Shown one piece after another: positions 60,610-64,000 of a stretch of 64,000 nucleotides of DNA (positions within the stretch are counted from its first letter, which is position 1; each line of letters opens with the position of its first letter). The translations under genes were made by a program, and so were the position numbers. The DNA is from Blepharisma stoltei ATCC 30299 (taxonomy: Eukaryota; Protista; Ciliophora): the NCBI GenBank assembly GCA_965603825.1, contig CBFDEM010000022.1:186001-250000 (forward strand), read 5' to 3'. Under the pieces are notes generated by a model. The model was not told where the DNA came from. It saw nothing but the letters and a program-made list of their open reading frames with translations, and did no database searches.

Positions 60610-63009
60610 ATGGCAAGCTCATTTCCCTCTACTCCATCTCAACTCTATAACGCTTTACACATCAGCGCCCAGCATATTCGCAAATGCTTACCCAAAGCTG
60701 AGGTCTCAATTATAGTTGGGAGCAGTTTTGCCTATTTTTCAAATATTCTTGAGGATTGCGTAATGCTTGATTATTGTGATATTCCGTTTTTGCAAATCAC
60801 GACTGTAGCTGAGCATACTGGAATTCTATTTCACGGAAAAATAAACGGATGCCCAATCTATTGCTGGGGAGGCCGATTGCATGCCATGGAAGGGTTTTCC
60901 AATGACCAAATTACATATATAGCTCATTTAAGCGCATTTTTAGGTTGCCATACCCTTATAACAACGAATTCATCAGGCACAACAAACCCAGACGTAAATA
61001 TAGGCGATATTATGCTAATTACAGACTTTATAAATAATTCAGGCACAAATCCTCTCGACACTCGCCTCCATTGGACTTTTACAGATCTGCATAGAAATTT
61101 GAATATAAATAAAGAATTCAGTCGATGGGTTTTGGAAATGGCAAAGAAAGCTGAGATAAAATGTGTAGAAGGAGTTTATTGCTGAGTTAAAGGGCCGAAT
61201 TTTGAAATGCCATTTGGGATTGAGTGCTTTAGCAAGCTAGGGGCAGATATTTTTGGAATGAGCGCAGTACCTGAAATCATCGCAGGCTTAGTGCATGGCA
61301 TGAGGGTGATCCCAATAGCAATTATTACTAATAAAAATGAGGTTTTACCAGAGGATTCTGCCATGGATGGAATATCGATGGCTTTAGGGGAAATTCGAGA
61401 TTTCTTTAAATTCATTATAAAAGAGCTACCAAAATTTGAAGGAAATATAAATCTTGAATGAATAAATGACATAGAGCCTGTGCTCTTTCGGAAACCAAAA
61501 GAAGTTGCGGGCAAAGAGCATATATTAGAAAGTATTAAGTGGGTAAGAGGATTGATTGATGAAGAAAATAGTCCAAAAATTGCTGTGGTTATAAATGGCA
61601 AACACCTTCCATCTTTTAAATCTTTTAAATTTGTGTTTTACAATGAATTGCCTAACTTCCCACAGACTTCACTTGCTTCAAGATATGGCAAATTCATAAT
61701 TGGGGAATTGGGGAATAAGCATATTTTTTGCTTGCTTAATTGTGATTTTGAAGGTCTCGAAATCTATGAGTCTTATTTTATTGTGCAGCTGCTGATTGGG
61801 CTTGACGTGAATTTTCTTCACTATATAATCCCAGTTGTAAATGAAGGTCATAATCTGACTGGTATTAAAGATTATTTTTGTATGAAACTACAAAATGCAA
61901 CGGTAACCCCAGTTATTGATGCAGTAAATATAACTGGGATAGGAGATCAGCTTCTTTTAGCATTTCCAGGTCCTACTTTGCCGACTGAAGCTGAAAAGAA
62001 TTTAGCTCAGCTGCTTGGATCTAGCTTAGTTACTATATCAAATATGTCTATTTTAAATGAAGCAAGCAATAGAGGCCTCCCTCATTCAGCAAGCTGCTAT
62101 TCGACTGACTTCTCAGCTGGGACATTTAATTCCAATAATTTATCACAACTTATTGATTCTATCACTGATTCTAGCATGCAAATTCCTTTAAAGTTTCCAA
62201 TTGCTTCATTACTGACAGATACAAATTTAATAGAGCCACCTCTTACTCAAAATGATATAGAAACCCTTGCATCTGACATTAAAATAGGTCTTTATCCTCA
62301 TTTAACTGTTATTGTTACTGAAGAAATCGGGAATTTGTTGCTCCGCCATTTCAAAATAAGAACATCATACTCTTTTCGTTCAACCATCACCCAAACTCTT
62401 CATTTCACCATTGACGGAATTATGATAATCAAAGGCTCGCCTCTTTTAAAAGATCAAGACAATTTTTTCCAGTCCTTTTCTCCAGTTTTCCTTTCAAATC
62501 AAATAGGTATTGAAAGCTTGATTATTATTGAAGAAGTTTCTACATGCACACCAGAAATTTCACTAGGCACTATTGTAAAAATAACTGACCAATGCGGGCT
62601 ATCTTGCTTTAATCCCTTAATAGGTCCTAATATAGCGACTTGAGGGGAGAGGTTTCCATATATTTCAGATGCTTTTGATAGCAAAATACAATGAAAAAAG
62701 GTTTTCGAAGAGCATAGGATCAAAACTTGTGAGGCAAAATTGCTATTTACAAGCAAGGAACGTGGAATGACTGGATTTTCATTCGCAAAAATTGCAAGGA
62801 CTTTAGGAGCTGGAGTAGTCGGAAACTCAGGGCCATATTCAGTCATAATTTCTCAGCATAAGTTAGCACATCAACCCAAGCGAAAACTGTTGTATTTAGG
62901 CTATGTCAATCACGACCCTATAGAAAATATCACAATAAACGCTCCTCCTGTAGAGTACCAGCTTGCAATGAAACAAATAATTTTAAAAGAACTAAAAACC
63001 TTAATTTAA
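60610..63009 (+). CDS. PNP: Purine nucleoside phosphorylase with three tandem PNP-like domains, ~799 aa
   Basis: Four same-frame pieces joined by TGA. Domain 1 has GRLHAMEG, EGVYC-W-VKGPNFE, GMSAVPE and ITN; two further degenerate copies follow. Confidence 0.82.
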
Positions 63010-63028
63010 CCACATCAATTAATAAAAA

Positions 63029-64000
63029 ATGGCAGAAGCAGGCTATGTAGAAATTGTTTCAGCCCTTGAAGCAAGAATTGCTGAGCAAGATCTGCAAATA
63101 AATGAGCTAAAAAAAGAATTGGAAGAAACAAAGCTTCAGCTTCTTGAGCAAGCTTTCACACATGAAGTGCATTCACCTCAGCCTCCCCAGATTCCAGAAG
63201 GATCTAAGCCAGAAATCGAAATTCCAAAAGCAGGGCATGGAAGAGCGTTCATGACCAAGTCTGTGAAATTCTTTGCAAAAATTGTTGGAGGAGTTGCAAC
63301 CATTGAGTTTCCTAAAGGAGCACAAAAACAAGAGTAATTCTTATATAGTTCTGAAGCAGAAGCTCCTTCATTGCTACGTGAAATGACGAAAAATAGCTTT
63401 TTGACACATCAGTTTAAGGAGCTTGACCAAGCAAAACAGCAGAAACAAGATTTAGAGAATGAGATTCAAAATCATGCAGAAAAAATTAGACAGCAATCTG
63501 AAGTGCAAGTCAAGGCTTTGCAAGACTCTTATGCTCCTTTATTAGAAAAAGAACAAGCCACAATTTCAGATCTGATAAAATCAATTGGAAAAGAGCTTGA
63601 TGGAGCAATAATTTGTGAAAACGACTCAGAAAGAGCATATATTGTCGACCACTTTGATCAAAACACTTTACAAATCAGCCTTCAGCAAGTCCTTGATAAA
63701 AACGGAATTGCTCTCAAGGAGCCCAAGGCAATCCAAAGAGAATTCCAAAGTCTTGGCCCAGTCCACGCAATGCACAGAAGTGAGATTGACCAATTTATGC
63801 AGACCCTCCAAGATAAAATGATCACAGTTCAATACCAAATAGTAGAAATTGACGGAGAAGAAAAAATGTGCTGTCCAATTTACATTACCCCAAATTTTAT
63901 TTCCCTGCAAGATTATGAAATTAGGTTTAACAAAAATGAGGAAAAAATAACTGACATCGTTAACAAAGAAGACGGAAATGTTAAGTTTGAAGCAATCCAT
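63029..64000 (+). CDS. Hypothetical coiled-coil-containing protein, partial (runs off the window), one intron
   Basis: After removing the 15-nt intron at 63334-63348 the frame is open to the window end. Confidence 0.75.
63334..63348 (+). other. 15-nt intron GTAATTCTTATATAG
   Basis: GT..AG, A at position 10, contains an in-frame TAA; removal opens a long frame. Confidence 0.85.

Noticed and set aside
1-64000. Mycoplasma/Spiroplasma or mitochondrial origin (also TGA=Trp)
   Set aside because: Histone H2A, kinesin, epsin, VMP1, cytosolic RPS16 and spliceosomal GT-AG introns show a eukaryotic nuclear genome.
1-64000. TGA as selenocysteine or Cys
   Set aside because: TGA aligns with Trp, not Cys, in paralogs and conserved domains, and occurs in many unrelated genes.
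1-64000. tRNA/rRNA genes, telomeric repeats, transposase/IES or CRISPR arrays
   Set aside because: None recognisable by eye: no CCCTAACA-type repeats, terminal inverted repeats or spaced direct repeats. Small ncRNAs cannot be excluded without a covariance search.

Overview
AT-rich, gene-dense eukaryotic DNA, most likely the macronuclear genome of a heterotrich ciliate (Blepharisma-like). Two sequence features point to this. (i) TGA is read as Trp: the supplied ORF fragments join into single same-frame genes across TGA at conserved Trp positions, while every complete gene ends in TAA/TAG. (ii) The four introns I can see are all exactly 15 nt (GTA...A...AG). The first ~27 kb is a head-to-tail minus-strand array of 11 paralogous ~640-700 aa genes plus one 3' fragment. 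Each fuses an N-terminal, mostly degenerate ATP-grasp/TTL-like module, a basic Ser-rich linker that often carries Cys-Pro motifs, and a C-terminal group-I truncated (2/2) haemoglobin domain. This is a candidate undescribed family of globin-coupled sensor or pseudo-enzyme proteins with two interleaved subfamilies. The rest of the window is tightly packed single-copy genes: XRRA1-like LRR, IBA57, coiled-coil proteins, a WD40/TRP-like channel, glutaredoxin, an atypical Amt, kinesin-1, TMEM230-like, H2A, RPS16, epsin-like, VMP1, METTL5, a kelch-like protein and a three-domain PNP fusion. All calls come from reading the sequence by eye; no searches were run.
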